A DNA stretch of 64,000 bases, taken from NCBI GenBank assembly GCA_019116485.1, contig DXBO01000027.1, positions 17,373-81,372 on the forward strand, read 5' to 3'. The position numbers and the translations under genes were made by a program. The notes under the pieces are model-generated. The model was not told the DNA's origin, did not search any database, and saw only the letters and a program-made list of their open reading frames with translations. The stretch is from Candidatus Gemmiger excrementavium. Lineage in GTDB: Bacteria; Bacillota; Clostridia; Oscillospirales; Ruminococcaceae. The number at the start of each line of letters is the position of its first letter. Position 1 is the first letter of the stretch. Below are positions 18,079-26,724 of this stretch, piece after piece.

Positions 18079-19911
18079 ATGATTCAGGAAAAATTACGCA
18101 ACGTCGCAATCATTGCCCACGTTGACCACGGCAAGACTACCCTGGTGGACCAGATGCTCAAGCAGTCCGGTGCGTTCCGCGCCAACCAGCAGGTGGCCGA
18201 GCGCGTGATGGACTCCGGCGATATCGAGCGCGAGCGCGGCATCACCATTCTGGCCAAGAACTGCTCCTGCGAGTATGAGGGCGTCAAGATCAACATCGTG
18301 GACACCCCGGGCCACGCCGACTTCGGCGGCGAGGTGGAGCGCGTGCTGAAAATGGTCAACGGCGTGCTGCTGCTGGTGGATGCCGCCGAAGGCTGCATGC
18401 CCCAGACCCGTTTTGTGCTGCAGAAAGCCCTGCAGCAGAACCTGTCGCTGGTCATCGCGGTGAACAAGATTGACCGCCCCGACGCCCGCATCAAGGAAGT
18501 CATCGACGAGATTCTGGAACTGCTGATGGACCTGGGCGCCACCGACGAGCAGCTGGACAGCCCGATGGTCTTCTGCTCCGGCCGCAACGGCACCGCCAGC
18601 TACGACTGGACCCATCCCGAGGAAGGCACCGATCTGAAGCCGTTGTTCGATACCATTCTGAAATATGTGCAGCCGCCGGAGGGCGAGCCCGACCAGCCGC
18701 TGCAGATGCTGGTGTCCAGCGTGGACTACAACGAGTTTGTGGGCCGCATGGGCGTGGGCCGCGTGCAGAACGGCGTGATCAAGGTGGGTTCTGCTGTGCA
18801 GGTGTGCGACTGGCACAACCCTGACGTGCATATGACCGGCCGCATCACCAAACTGTTCGACTTCAAGGCCAATGGCCGTGAACCCATTGAGGAAGCCTAT
18901 GCCGGTGACATCGTGGCCTTTGCGGGCCTGCCTGATATCTCCATCGGCAACACCCTGTGCGACCCCAGCAAGGTGCAGCCCCTGCCCTTTGTGAAGATCA
19001 ACGATCCCACGGTGGAGATGACCTTCTCGGTCAACGACTCCCCCTTTGCCGGCAAAGAGGGCAAGTACGTCACCTCCCGCCAGATTCGTGACCGCCTGAT
19101 GCGCGAACTGCTGAAGGACGTGGCCCTGAAGGTGGAGGATTCCGCCACCACCGATTCCTTCCGGGTCATGGGCCGCGGCGAAATGCATCTGTCCATCCTG
19201 ATTGAGACCATGCGCCGGGAAGGCTACGAACTACAGGTTTCTCCCCCGCACGTGCTGACCCACGAGGAAAACGGCAAGACCATGGAACCCATGGAGCGGG
19301 TCGTCATCGACGTGCCCGAGACCTACCAGGGCAACGTCATGACCGCGCTGGGTTCCCGCAAGGCCATCCTGATGAACATGCAGATGATGAACAGCCGCTC
19401 CCGTCTGGAGTTCCGCATGCCCAGCCGCGGCCTGTTCGGCTACCGCAGCCAGTTCCTCACCGATACCCACGGCGAGGGCATCATGAACACCATCTTCGAC
19501 GGGTACGAGGAATGGTGCGGCGATATCCAGACCCGGTCCTCCGGCTCTCTCATCAGCTTTGAGACCGGCGACGCCGTAACCTACGGGCTGTTCAACGCCC
19601 AGCAGCGCGGCACCCTGCTGGTGAACGCGGGCGAGAAGGTCTATGCCGGCGAGGTGGTGGGTTACACCCCCACTGGCGAGGACATCACCGTCAACGTCTG
19701 CAAGACCAAGCACCTGACCAACACCCGCGCTTCGGGCAGCGACGACGCGCTGCGCCTGGTGCCCATCAGCAAGTTCAGCCTGGAGGGCTGCCTGGAGTTC
19801 CTGGCGCCCGACGAGCTGCTGGAAGTCACCCCCGAGAGCCTGCGCATCCGCAAGCGCATCCTGGACCACGACCTGCGCATGAAGGCCGCCAGCAAGAAGA
19901 ACAAAGGTTGA
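18079..19911 (+). CDS. typA: Translational GTPase TypA/BipA
   Basis: [40 protein letters not shown]. 610 aa. ATG 18079 follows AGAGAGGGA. Confidence 0.95.
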   Translation: MIQEKLRNVAIIAHVDHGKTTLVDQMLKQSGAFRANQQVAERVMDSGDIERERGITILAKNCSCEYEGVKINIVDTPGHADFGGEVERVLKMVNGVLLLVDAAEGCMPQTRFVLQKALQQNLSLVIAVNKIDRPDARIKEVIDEILELLMDLGATDEQLDSPMVFCSGRNGTASYDWTHPEEGTDLKPLFDTILKYVQPPEGEPDQPLQMLVSSVDYNEFVGRMGVGRVQNGVIKVGSAVQVCDWHNPDVHMTGRITKLFDFKANGREPIEEAYAGDIVAFAGLPDISIGNTLCDPSKVQPLPFVKINDPTVEMTFSVNDSPFAGKEGKYVTSRQIRDRLMRELLKDVALKVEDSATTDSFRVMGRGEMHLSILIETMRREGYELQVSPPHVLTHEENGKTMEPMERVVIDVPETYQGNVMTALGSRKAILMNMQMMNSRSRLEFRMPSRGLFGYRSQFLTDTHGEGIMNTIFDGYEEWCGDIQTRSSGSLISFETGDAVTYGLFNAQQRGTLLVNAGEKVYAGEVVGYTPTGEDITVNVCKTKHLTNTRASGSDDALRLVPISKFSLEGCLEFLAPDELLEVTPESLRIRKRILDHDLRMKAASKKNKG

Positions 19912-19958
19912 TGTTCGTCGGCACATGTCCGCCGATGACGATGAAATCATAATACAGC

Positions 19959-19997
19959 AACACCCCCGGCCACATGGCCGGGGGTGTTGTTGTTTCC
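19959..19997. terminator. Bidirectional terminator between typA and lipoprotein gene 1
   Basis: AACACCCCCGGCC-ACAT-GGCCGGGGGTGTT (13-bp perfect stem) followed by GTTGTTTCC. Confidence 0.75.
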
Positions 19998-21203
19998 TTA
20001 GGATGTTTCGGTATAGAGCGTTACCGGTGTCCAGTCGGTGGAGCCTGCCAGATAGTCGTCCATATCGGCCAGAACGTAGTTCATCTCGTAGGAGCCGTCG
20101 TCCCCCCATTGTTCCTGCATCAGATAGACTTTCCCGTCTCCGGTGAGACTCTCGGGCCATCCGCTCAGCCCGATCGTGTGCCAGGCCCGGTCGGTCAGGT
20201 CATAAATTTTTATCGGACTGGTTGCGTTGTCGATCAGCCATCGCAGGGTCGGCCCTTGCCACAGGGGTACGGGCGCCGCATTGCCGGTGGTCAGCGTGCA
20301 TTCCGTCTGCCAGTCGGTACCGTCCACGGCACAGGATTCCACCTGCATGTCCAGCACCTCCACACCGGGATTGCCCCGCAGCAGATGGGTGTTCTGGAAA
20401 TAGAGCCGGTCCCCGGCCATGCCCAGGAAATAGCGCTGATTCTGGGAGCCGTCCGCCTGCTCCACACCGTAGTAGGGTTCCGCATAGATTTTTTCCAGTT
20501 CGCCGGTAGCCGGGTCATACCAGTCATATTCCGTGGTAGCCGACTGGATGGCGGCATAATATTGTTCGTTTTGGGTATAGACATCCGGCAGAGGGGCCTC
20601 GGTGACCAGCCGCCAGAGGATGATTCGATCCTGTCCCACCGCCCAGTACCACTGGACCTGGGGCGGGGTTTTCAGTTCGGTGATCTGCCCGGTGGTAAAG
20701 TCCAGGCGGCGGAAGGTCCTTTGCACATTCCAGTCACCGCCCCAGAATTCGTAAGCGCCGTAGGCATCACAGGCCACCGGCTCAAAACGTCCTTCCAGGG
20801 GCATTGTCTGCACCTCCCCGCCGTCCAGCGGGATGGTGTAAAGGGTCTTACCCACGGGCCTCCGGATCACGCCGGGCTGGATCAGCAGCGGGCCGTCGGG
20901 CATCTTTTCCGACGTAAAGGTATACAGGCAGCTTTCCTGCCCGGTGTCGCAGTCCAGCTCGATGATGCTCTGGGGAGTGTCCTCGGACTCCTGGTAGAAA
21001 TGATACATCTTCCCCGGCGTCTGGGTGTCGTCCCCGCAGCCCACCAGGCTGCCCACGGGAAAGGTGGAGGTCTCCGCGGGTTCTTCCGTCGTGGCGGCTT
21101 CGGCTGCCGGGTTCGTTTCCGATTCCGGCGTTGCAGATTCCGCCGGGGTGCAGGCGGAAAGAAGTACCGCCAGGGCCAGCAAAGCAAGCAGGGATTTTTT
21201 CAT
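19998..21203 (-). CDS. Lipoprotein of unknown function, paralogue 1 of 3
   Basis: 401 aa. Signal peptide MKKSLLALLALAVLLSAC (lipobox LSAC), an acidic T/P/E/A linker, then a globular region sharing motifs with the next two genes. Confidence 0.8.
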   Translation of the reverse strand: MKKSLLALLALAVLLSACTPAESATPESETNPAAEAATTEEPAETSTFPVGSLVGCGDDTQTPGKMYHFYQESEDTPQSIIELDCDTGQESCLYTFTSEKMPDGPLLIQPGVIRRPVGKTLYTIPLDGGEVQTMPLEGRFEPVACDAYGAYEFWGGDWNVQRTFRRLDFTTGQITELKTPPQVQWYWAVGQDRIILWRLVTEAPLPDVYTQNEQYYAAIQSATTEYDWYDPATGELEKIYAEPYYGVEQADGSQNQRYFLGMAGDRLYFQNTHLLRGNPGVEVLDMQVESCAVDGTDWQTECTLTTGNAAPVPLWQGPTLRWLIDNATSPIKIYDLTDRAWHTIGLSGWPESLTGDGKVYLMQEQWGDDGSYEMNYVLADMDDYLAGSTDWTPVTLYTETS

Positions 21204-21221
21204 AATGACACTCCTTTCCCG

Positions 21222-22430
21222 TCAGGAGGCAGGTTTCGCCGGGGCGTCCCGGATGGGCGTCCAGTCGGTGGAACCTGCCAGATAGTCCTCAATGGAAATG
21301 ATGGCAAAGTTGCTGACGACATAGGGTTCCGTGCCCACCGCCACCATTACCTGGTCCCGGCCTACCAGCAGTTCCGGCCAACCGTTGGTCCCGGTAATGT
21401 GGGGCATATCGTACACCTGCCCGTCGGCCAAATCATAAATCCACAGGCTGCCCTCGCTGCCACCCATGAGCCAGCGCAGGCTGCCGTTCTGGGTAAAGGT
21501 CCAGGTGCAGCGATTTTCGCCCGGCTTGCCGGGCAGGGGCTGCCAGTCGGTGCCGTCGGCGGCACAGCTTTCCGTCCCGCCGACGATCCCCATCCCCTCC
21601 TCCGTGAACCACTCAAAGTACAGGCGCCCCCCGGCCATGCCCAGCAGAGAATAGCGCTTTTTGCTGCCGTCGGGCTGCTGGATGCCGTAATAGGGCGCTT
21701 GCCAGATCGTTTCCAGTTCGCCGGTGGCCGGGTCATACCAGTCGTATTCCGCCGTGGCATTCTGGCACACCGCTTCGTACTGCTCCCACTCACGGGAATC
21801 CGGCAGCGGCACATCGGTGATCAGGCGCAGCAGCAGGAACCGGTCCTCCCCCACCGCATAGATGCTCATCGTCTGGCTGGGCAGCTGCAGCGGCGTGAGC
21901 GCGCCGGTGGCCAGGTCCAGGCGGGCACCGTCGGTGCGGCTGTCGGGGTAGTTATAGACAAAATCATAGGCGCTGTACTCGTCGGCGTAATCGGGGGCAA
22001 AAGTGTCCCCCAGCGGCAGGACTTCGGCCTCGCCGCCGCTTTGCGGCACCCGGTACATGGCGCCGTTGGCAAACAGGCAGACGCTGTTTTCATAGGGCAC
22101 CACCTTGGGGATTTCCCAGTTCTCCCCTTCCACCGCAAATACCGAACTGCGCAGGGCATCGGCCAGGTCCACTTTCAGCAGCTGGAGAACCGGGTCGCCC
22201 CCCTCCGGCTGGGCAACCGCTGCATTGTACACAGCATCCGCCGTGGATTCCCGATAGCACAGCGCCCGCAGATGCCCCACAGGGAAAGCCGCGGTCTCCC
22301 CGGTGGACTGCGCCGGGGCGGTCTCGGCGGTGGCCGGGTTCGTTTCCGATTCCGGCGTTGTAGATGCCGCCGGGGTGCAGGCCGTCAGGCAAATGACCAG
22401 CAACAGGGCCGGTATCCATTGTGTTTTCAT
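21222..22430 (-). CDS. Lipoprotein of unknown function, paralogue 2 of 3
   Basis: Start taken at MKTQWIPALLLVICLTAC (ATG 22430, AAAGGAG RBS). Lipobox LTAC. Shares EYDWYDPATGELE and DYLAGSTDWTP with paralogue 1. Confidence 0.8.
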   Translation of the reverse strand: MKTQWIPALLLVICLTACTPAASTTPESETNPATAETAPAQSTGETAAFPVGHLRALCYRESTADAVYNAAVAQPEGGDPVLQLLKVDLADALRSSVFAVEGENWEIPKVVPYENSVCLFANGAMYRVPQSGGEAEVLPLGDTFAPDYADEYSAYDFVYNYPDSRTDGARLDLATGALTPLQLPSQTMSIYAVGEDRFLLLRLITDVPLPDSREWEQYEAVCQNATAEYDWYDPATGELETIWQAPYYGIQQPDGSKKRYSLLGMAGGRLYFEWFTEEGMGIVGGTESCAADGTDWQPLPGKPGENRCTWTFTQNGSLRWLMGGSEGSLWIYDLADGQVYDMPHITGTNGWPELLVGRDQVMVAVGTEPYVVSNFAIISIEDYLAGSTDWTPIRDAPAKPAS

Positions 22431-22443
22431 CCGGGTGCTCCTT

Positions 22444-23664
22444 TCAGAACAGGGTTTTGGCCGCTTCACTCTCCACCGGCGTCAGTTCGGCGGTGCCGTT
22501 CAGGTAGTCCTGCGCGTCGGCCAGGGCGTGGGTGATATGGTAGTTGCCCTGGGCGTCCTCATAGCCGGTTTGCAGCAGAACCCGGCCATCCGCCAGGAAG
22601 GTGTCCGGCCAGGCGCTGACAAAGTTCACCGGCTCGTGGAAGGTCCCGGTCTCCAGGTCAAAGACCTGGGCGTCGGTGCCACCATTGCCCACGATCCAGC
22701 GCAGCTGACCGTCCGGCTGGCACAGGGCTGCGTTCCACTCTGGAGTCTGCGTCAGACCGGCCAGGGGCTGCCAGTCCTGCCCTTGCAGCGTGCAGGATTC
22801 CACCCCTGCATCCAGGAGTGTGCCGTCCTCGCCGGGGACAGTCCAGGAGAAATACAGCCGCCCGTCCCGCAGGCCCAGGAAACGGTGCTGTCGTTTGGTG
22901 CCGTCCGCCTGTACCGCCCCGTAATAGGGTTCTTCCATGATTTTTTCCAGTGCGCCGGTGGCGGGGTCGTACCAGTCGTACTCACGGACGGCGTTTTGCA
23001 GAATGGCCGAAAATGCCTCGCCCTCGTTTTCCCGGCCTGGCAGCGGGACCTCAGTATGCAGGCGGCAGAGCAGGAACCGGTCCTCCCCCACCGGCCAGAC
23101 ATCCCAGGTCAGGGCGGGCAGGTCCAGGTCGGTGATCTGCCCGGTAGCCAGGTCCAGGCGCTTTCCCCGGTAGGTGTTTTCTTCCGTTATGAAGGAAAAA
23201 TTGTAGGCGCTGTATTCATCCGCCGCCACGGCGGACAGGAATTCCGCCAGCGGCAGGGTCTTTGGTTCACCGCCGTCCAGGGGAATCCTGTAAAGTACCT
23301 GGTCCGCCACCACGCAGACCGTATCGCCCTGGACGATTACCCCTCCGACTTGCAGGACCGGCTCCTCCCAGGTATAGAGTACCTCTTCCCGGGTGGCGGC
23401 GTAATCCAGTTTCAGCAGATGGACCCGGATCGTGCCGTCCGACATTCTCTCATTGCCGATGCGATACCAGGCGCTGTCGGTTTCGTTCAGATGCCCGTTC
23501 CCCCGCAGGTGCCCCACCGGAAAGGCGTTCTCGGCTGCGGATTCCGCCGCCAAAGCCGTTTCGGCGGTTTCCGTGGCCGGTGCGGGGGCTTCGGATTCCG
23601 GCGCCGGAGTACAGGCTGCCAGACAGACGGCCAGAGCCAACAGGGGTAACAGTATTTTTTTCAT
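22444..23664 (-). CDS. Lipoprotein of unknown function, paralogue 3 of 3
   Basis: 406 aa. MKKILLPLLALAVCLAAC lipobox. Motifs FPVGHL, LYRIPLDGGE, RLDLATGQIT, EYDWYDPATGALE. AAAAGGAG RBS. Confidence 0.8.
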   Translation of the reverse strand: MKKILLPLLALAVCLAACTPAPESEAPAPATETAETALAAESAAENAFPVGHLRGNGHLNETDSAWYRIGNERMSDGTIRVHLLKLDYAATREEVLYTWEEPVLQVGGVIVQGDTVCVVADQVLYRIPLDGGEPKTLPLAEFLSAVAADEYSAYNFSFITEENTYRGKRLDLATGQITDLDLPALTWDVWPVGEDRFLLCRLHTEVPLPGRENEGEAFSAILQNAVREYDWYDPATGALEKIMEEPYYGAVQADGTKRQHRFLGLRDGRLYFSWTVPGEDGTLLDAGVESCTLQGQDWQPLAGLTQTPEWNAALCQPDGQLRWIVGNGGTDAQVFDLETGTFHEPVNFVSAWPDTFLADGRVLLQTGYEDAQGNYHITHALADAQDYLNGTAELTPVESEAAKTLF

Positions 23665-23757
23665 TATTTTGCTCCTTTTTTCAGAGGGTCAACGTGTTTT
23701 ATGGTCCCAGTATGACACCCCTTTGTATCGGAGTTGTACCAAAATCCGGCATTTTGC

Positions 23758-23799
23758 AGAAAAAACGCCGCACCGCAGCATCTCTGCTGCGGTGCGGCT
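23758..23799 (-). terminator. Rho-independent terminator after tRNA-Pro
   Basis: Minus strand: GCCGCACCGCAGCA-GAGA-TGCTGCGGTGCGGC followed by GTTTTTTCT. Confidence 0.8.
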
Positions 23800-23808
23800 G
23801 TAGAAAAG

Positions 23809-23884
23809 TCCGGGTGACAGGATTCGAACCTGCGAAATCTCCTGGTCCCAAACCAGGCGCGATACCAAGCTTCGCCACACCCGG
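23809..23884 (-). tRNA. tRNA-Pro (anticodon UGG)
   Basis: Hand-folded cloverleaf: acceptor CCGGGTG/CACCCGG, D-arm GCGA-AGCTTGGTA-TCGC, anticodon arm CCTGG-TTTGGGA-CCAGG (UGG, G37), T-arm GCAGG-TTCGAAT-CCTGT. No encoded CCA. The variable region appears to be 7 nt. Confidence 0.85.
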
Positions 23885-23909
23885 ATACCGGCAAAGGCTC
23901 GATTTGTTT

Positions 23910-23939
23910 ATTATAATACGCCGGGTACTGCCCCGTCAA
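23910..23939 (-). promoter_or_regulatory. SigA-type promoter of tRNA-Pro
   Basis: Minus strand: TTGACG(23939-23934)-18 nt-TATAAT(23915-23910), about 20 nt upstream of the tRNA 5' end. Confidence 0.6.
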
Positions 23940-23953
23940 GAGGCAGCGCCCTT

Positions 23954-25321
23954 TCAAATGCGGAATGCCGCCGCCTGGTACAGCGCCCCGTCCCGGGGGG
24001 CTTCCATCTGCAGCGCCACCCCGGGCCGGCCGGTGAGAGGGTCCACAATGCCCACCCATAAGGTATAGTCCCCTGCGGGCAGACGGGCAGTATCTTCCAG
24101 CGGCACCCGCAGAACATGGGTGCCCGGCCCCCAGCGGGAGAAGCTGCCTGCCGCCTGGCCGGACCAGACCGTATGGCCGCCGGTGTCCCGCAGTTCCAGC
24201 GCGATGGGCCAGTCGCCGTACAGCGGGGCCAGGCCGGTGTTCTGCCAGATCAGTTCCGCCTCCAGCTTGCCGCTGAGTACCCCGCGCAGTACCCGGCAGC
24301 CCCGTACCCCCAGGGTATAGCCCATCTCGGCCACAAAGGTCTGCAGGTTGTCCGCCGCCGTGCCGGTAAGTTCCCCGCTCTGGGGGGCGTTGGGGCCCAG
24401 AAAAGTGGAGTGGCTGCGGCGCAGCAGGTCCAGTGTGGTGGAAAACTGCCCCGCCGAGAAATACCACCCGCTTTCCTGCCGGGGGGAAAATTCGCCCCCG
24501 GAGGGTGCCCTGTACCAGAAGTCCGGCATGCCGGGCATCCACTCCCCGCTCTGGTCCGAGGTGTAGCCGTTTTCGATCCAGTCCAGCCACTCGTTGTGGG
24601 AATCCGGCAGGCCGAAGGAGTCATTGTACAGCCCCAGTCCCCGGTCCCGGGCCAGGGCGCAGGGGCGGCGCACCAGCAGGGTGTGGGCGTCGAACACATC
24701 CAGATAGTCCTGCACATAGCCGTCGGTGACTGACTGCGGCGGAAAAGGCTCGATGCCCGCATCGGTATCCACATGCCATTCGCCCCAGTGGCCCAGGCTG
24801 CCCAGTTCGACAAAGGCTACCTGGGGGTCGTCGGCATAGCGGGCCCCCAGCGCCGCCAGCAGCCGCCGGTGGGCCGCCTGCAGCACCGGGCTGGTGTAGT
24901 CGGGGCTGAAGCCCTGGCCGTAGTCCCCGTCGTACCAGGTGCCCGCGCCCTCCATCTCGTCGTAAAGCCACTGGGGCAGACCCAGGCGGGCTTGCTCGCC
25001 GGGGGTGTCCAGCACCAGGCGCAGCACCAGCCGCACGCCGTCGGCCCGCCAGCGGGCAAAGTGGCAGCGTTCTTCCAATGCTGCAAAGTCATACTGGCCC
25101 GGCCGGGGTTCCAGTTCATCCCAATAGACCGGGATATAGGCAAAAGCCACCAGCGGGTCCCGGCGGTAGTTCTCGCCCCAGGCCATAAACCCTTTCAGGG
25201 GGTTGGCAGCCGGTTTTTCCCCCGCCGGGATGACGGCATCCGCCAGGGTGAACCGGGCGCGCAGCAGCGCAGCCGCCAACAGCGCCAGGCCCAGCAGCAG
25301 CAACGGCAGCAGTTTTTTCAT
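23954..25321 (-). CDS. Secreted glycoside-hydrolase-like protein (DUF4874/DUF4832-type)
   Basis: 455 aa. Signal peptide MKKLLPLLLLGLALLAAALL. GSLGHWGEWH motif and TIM-barrel-like N-terminal half as I recall for DUF4832 proteins. GGAGGG RBS inside the upstream gene's end, 5-nt gap. Confidence 0.65.
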   Translation of the reverse strand: MKKLLPLLLLGLALLAAALLRARFTLADAVIPAGEKPAANPLKGFMAWGENYRRDPLVAFAYIPVYWDELEPRPGQYDFAALEERCHFARWRADGVRLVLRLVLDTPGEQARLGLPQWLYDEMEGAGTWYDGDYGQGFSPDYTSPVLQAAHRRLLAALGARYADDPQVAFVELGSLGHWGEWHVDTDAGIEPFPPQSVTDGYVQDYLDVFDAHTLLVRRPCALARDRGLGLYNDSFGLPDSHNEWLDWIENGYTSDQSGEWMPGMPDFWYRAPSGGEFSPRQESGWYFSAGQFSTTLDLLRRSHSTFLGPNAPQSGELTGTAADNLQTFVAEMGYTLGVRGCRVLRGVLSGKLEAELIWQNTGLAPLYGDWPIALELRDTGGHTVWSGQAAGSFSRWGPGTHVLRVPLEDTARLPAGDYTLWVGIVDPLTGRPGVALQMEAPRDGALYQAAAFRI

Positions 25322-25326
25322 GGGCG

Positions 25327-25998
25327 TCAGCCCTCCAGATTGCCGCGGTATTCCACCAGCGTCACGTCCTGCACGCCGTCGATGGTCTGCACCGCCTGGG
25401 TAACGTTGAGGTTGTCGGTCTTCAGGGTCAGTTCCATGGTCAGTTCGGTCAGATCCCCTTTGACCACCTTGGATCGGAAATGCCCGGTCTGGGCGCTGAG
25501 CGCCCGGCGGACCGCCTCTTCCACAGCCAGGTCGGAGCGGTAGGTGACGATAAGTACATAGGTGCCTGCCGCCCCCTTGAGGCGCTTGAGAAAAAACAGA
25601 GACAGCGCCACCGCCGCCCAGGCGATGAAGGCGATGGTGTAATACCGGGCGCCGATGGCGATACCTGAGGTGATGGCCCAGAACAAAAACATCAGGTCCA
25701 GGGGATTTTTGACGGCGGTACGGTAGCGCACGATGCTGAGCGCACCCACCATGCCCAGGGAGAGGGTGATATTGGTGCTGATGGTGATGATGATGACCGC
25801 CACCAGCACCGTCATGATGACCAGCGACAGGTTGAGGGCATGGTCGTACACCACCCCTACAAAGGCCCGCCGGTAGACCCAGAAGATGCCCATGCCCACC
25901 ACAAAGGCCACGGCCAGGGTCAGCACCAGGTCAAAGGCGTCGATCTGGGCGGGGAACAGTTCCAGGGCGGATTTTTTGAACAGGTCTTGAAACGTCAT
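25327..25998 (-). CDS. DUF4956-like membrane protein (4 TM helices plus a C-terminal soluble domain)
   Basis: ATG 25998 (MTFQDLFKK) is preceded by GGAGGA. SIVRYRTAVKNPLDLMFLFWAI core. The GTG at 26013 in the ORF track lies within the RBS and was rejected. Confidence 0.7.
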   Translation of the reverse strand: MTFQDLFKKSALELFPAQIDAFDLVLTLAVAFVVGMGIFWVYRRAFVGVVYDHALNLSLVIMTVLVAVIIITISTNITLSLGMVGALSIVRYRTAVKNPLDLMFLFWAITSGIAIGARYYTIAFIAWAAVALSLFFLKRLKGAAGTYVLIVTYRSDLAVEEAVRRALSAQTGHFRSKVVKGDLTELTMELTLKTDNLNVTQAVQTIDGVQDVTLVEYRGNLEG

Positions 25999-26025
25999 AC
26001 AAGATTCCTCCACAACGCAGCGCGT

Positions 26026-26724
26026 TCACCGCAGGATATGGTTCACCCGGTCCACACACAGGCAGAACTTGGATGCCGAGGTCCTGACGAAAGAATACGC
26101 GCTGAAGATACTTTGAATGTACTCCGGCAGAATGCCGGTATATTTGACCTCCAGGATCAGCCGCCCGGGGTCCAGCACATGGTAGGCCGGAGCGGCAGGG
26201 TCGAACAGGTCCTGCTGGGCCGTGATAGCACAGAGGTTGCGGTCAAAGGTGATGCGCACGGTGCCCACGTCGTTGACGAAGGCCTCCCGGTCATAAGCCA
26301 CTGTGACGCAAGGGCGCAGCACCGCGGCCCGGGCGTCCACATAAAACTGCGCGGCCAGCGGCTGGGGCTTGCCCAACAGAAAACCGCAGTCCCCTGCCAA
26401 AAAACGGTCATACTCGGCCCGGGTCAGGGGCACCGCCTGTTTGTGCACACAGGCGCCGTTTTTGTACTTGCATTCCAGGGCAATGTGGGCGTCGGAACCG
26501 TTGTAGATGCGCACCCGGTATTTTTTGCGTACCTGCACTCCCTCCAGCTTCTGGCGGTAGGCGGTGTGATAGAGGTCGTCCAGGTAAAGGCTGCGGATGT
26601 TGTACCCGCCCCCGGCTCCGGCGTGGGCATCGTACCCCATGACCGCCTGCAGCACGCTGCGCAGCTGGCGGTATTCCGCCATGGTCAGTAAGAATTTCAG
26701 TTCCTGACGGTAGGCTGGTTTCAT
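26026..26724 (-). CDS. VTC-domain (CYTH/triphosphate-tunnel, polyphosphate-polymerase-like) protein
   Basis: 232 aa, with no TM segment. N-terminal RQELKFLL and alternating basic/acidic beta-strand pattern (KYRVRIY, LECKYK, LEVKY) typical of tunnel-fold VTC/CYTH domains. The start overlaps the cotH stop by 1 nt (TGATG). Confidence 0.7.
   Translation of the reverse strand: MKPAYRQELKFLLTMAEYRQLRSVLQAVMGYDAHAGAGGGYNIRSLYLDDLYHTAYRQKLEGVQVRKKYRVRIYNGSDAHIALECKYKNGACVHKQAVPLTRAEYDRFLAGDCGFLLGKPQPLAAQFYVDARAAVLRPCVTVAYDREAFVNDVGTVRITFDRNLCAITAQQDLFDPAAPAYHVLDPGRLILEVKYTGILPEYIQSIFSAYSFVRTSASKFCLCVDRVNHILR

Noticed and set aside
19998-23939. Genomic island or prophage remnant integrated at tRNA-Pro
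   Set aside because: No integrase, no repeat of the tRNA 3' end, and no obvious compositional shift. The lipoprotein genes have the same high G+C and codon style as their neighbours.
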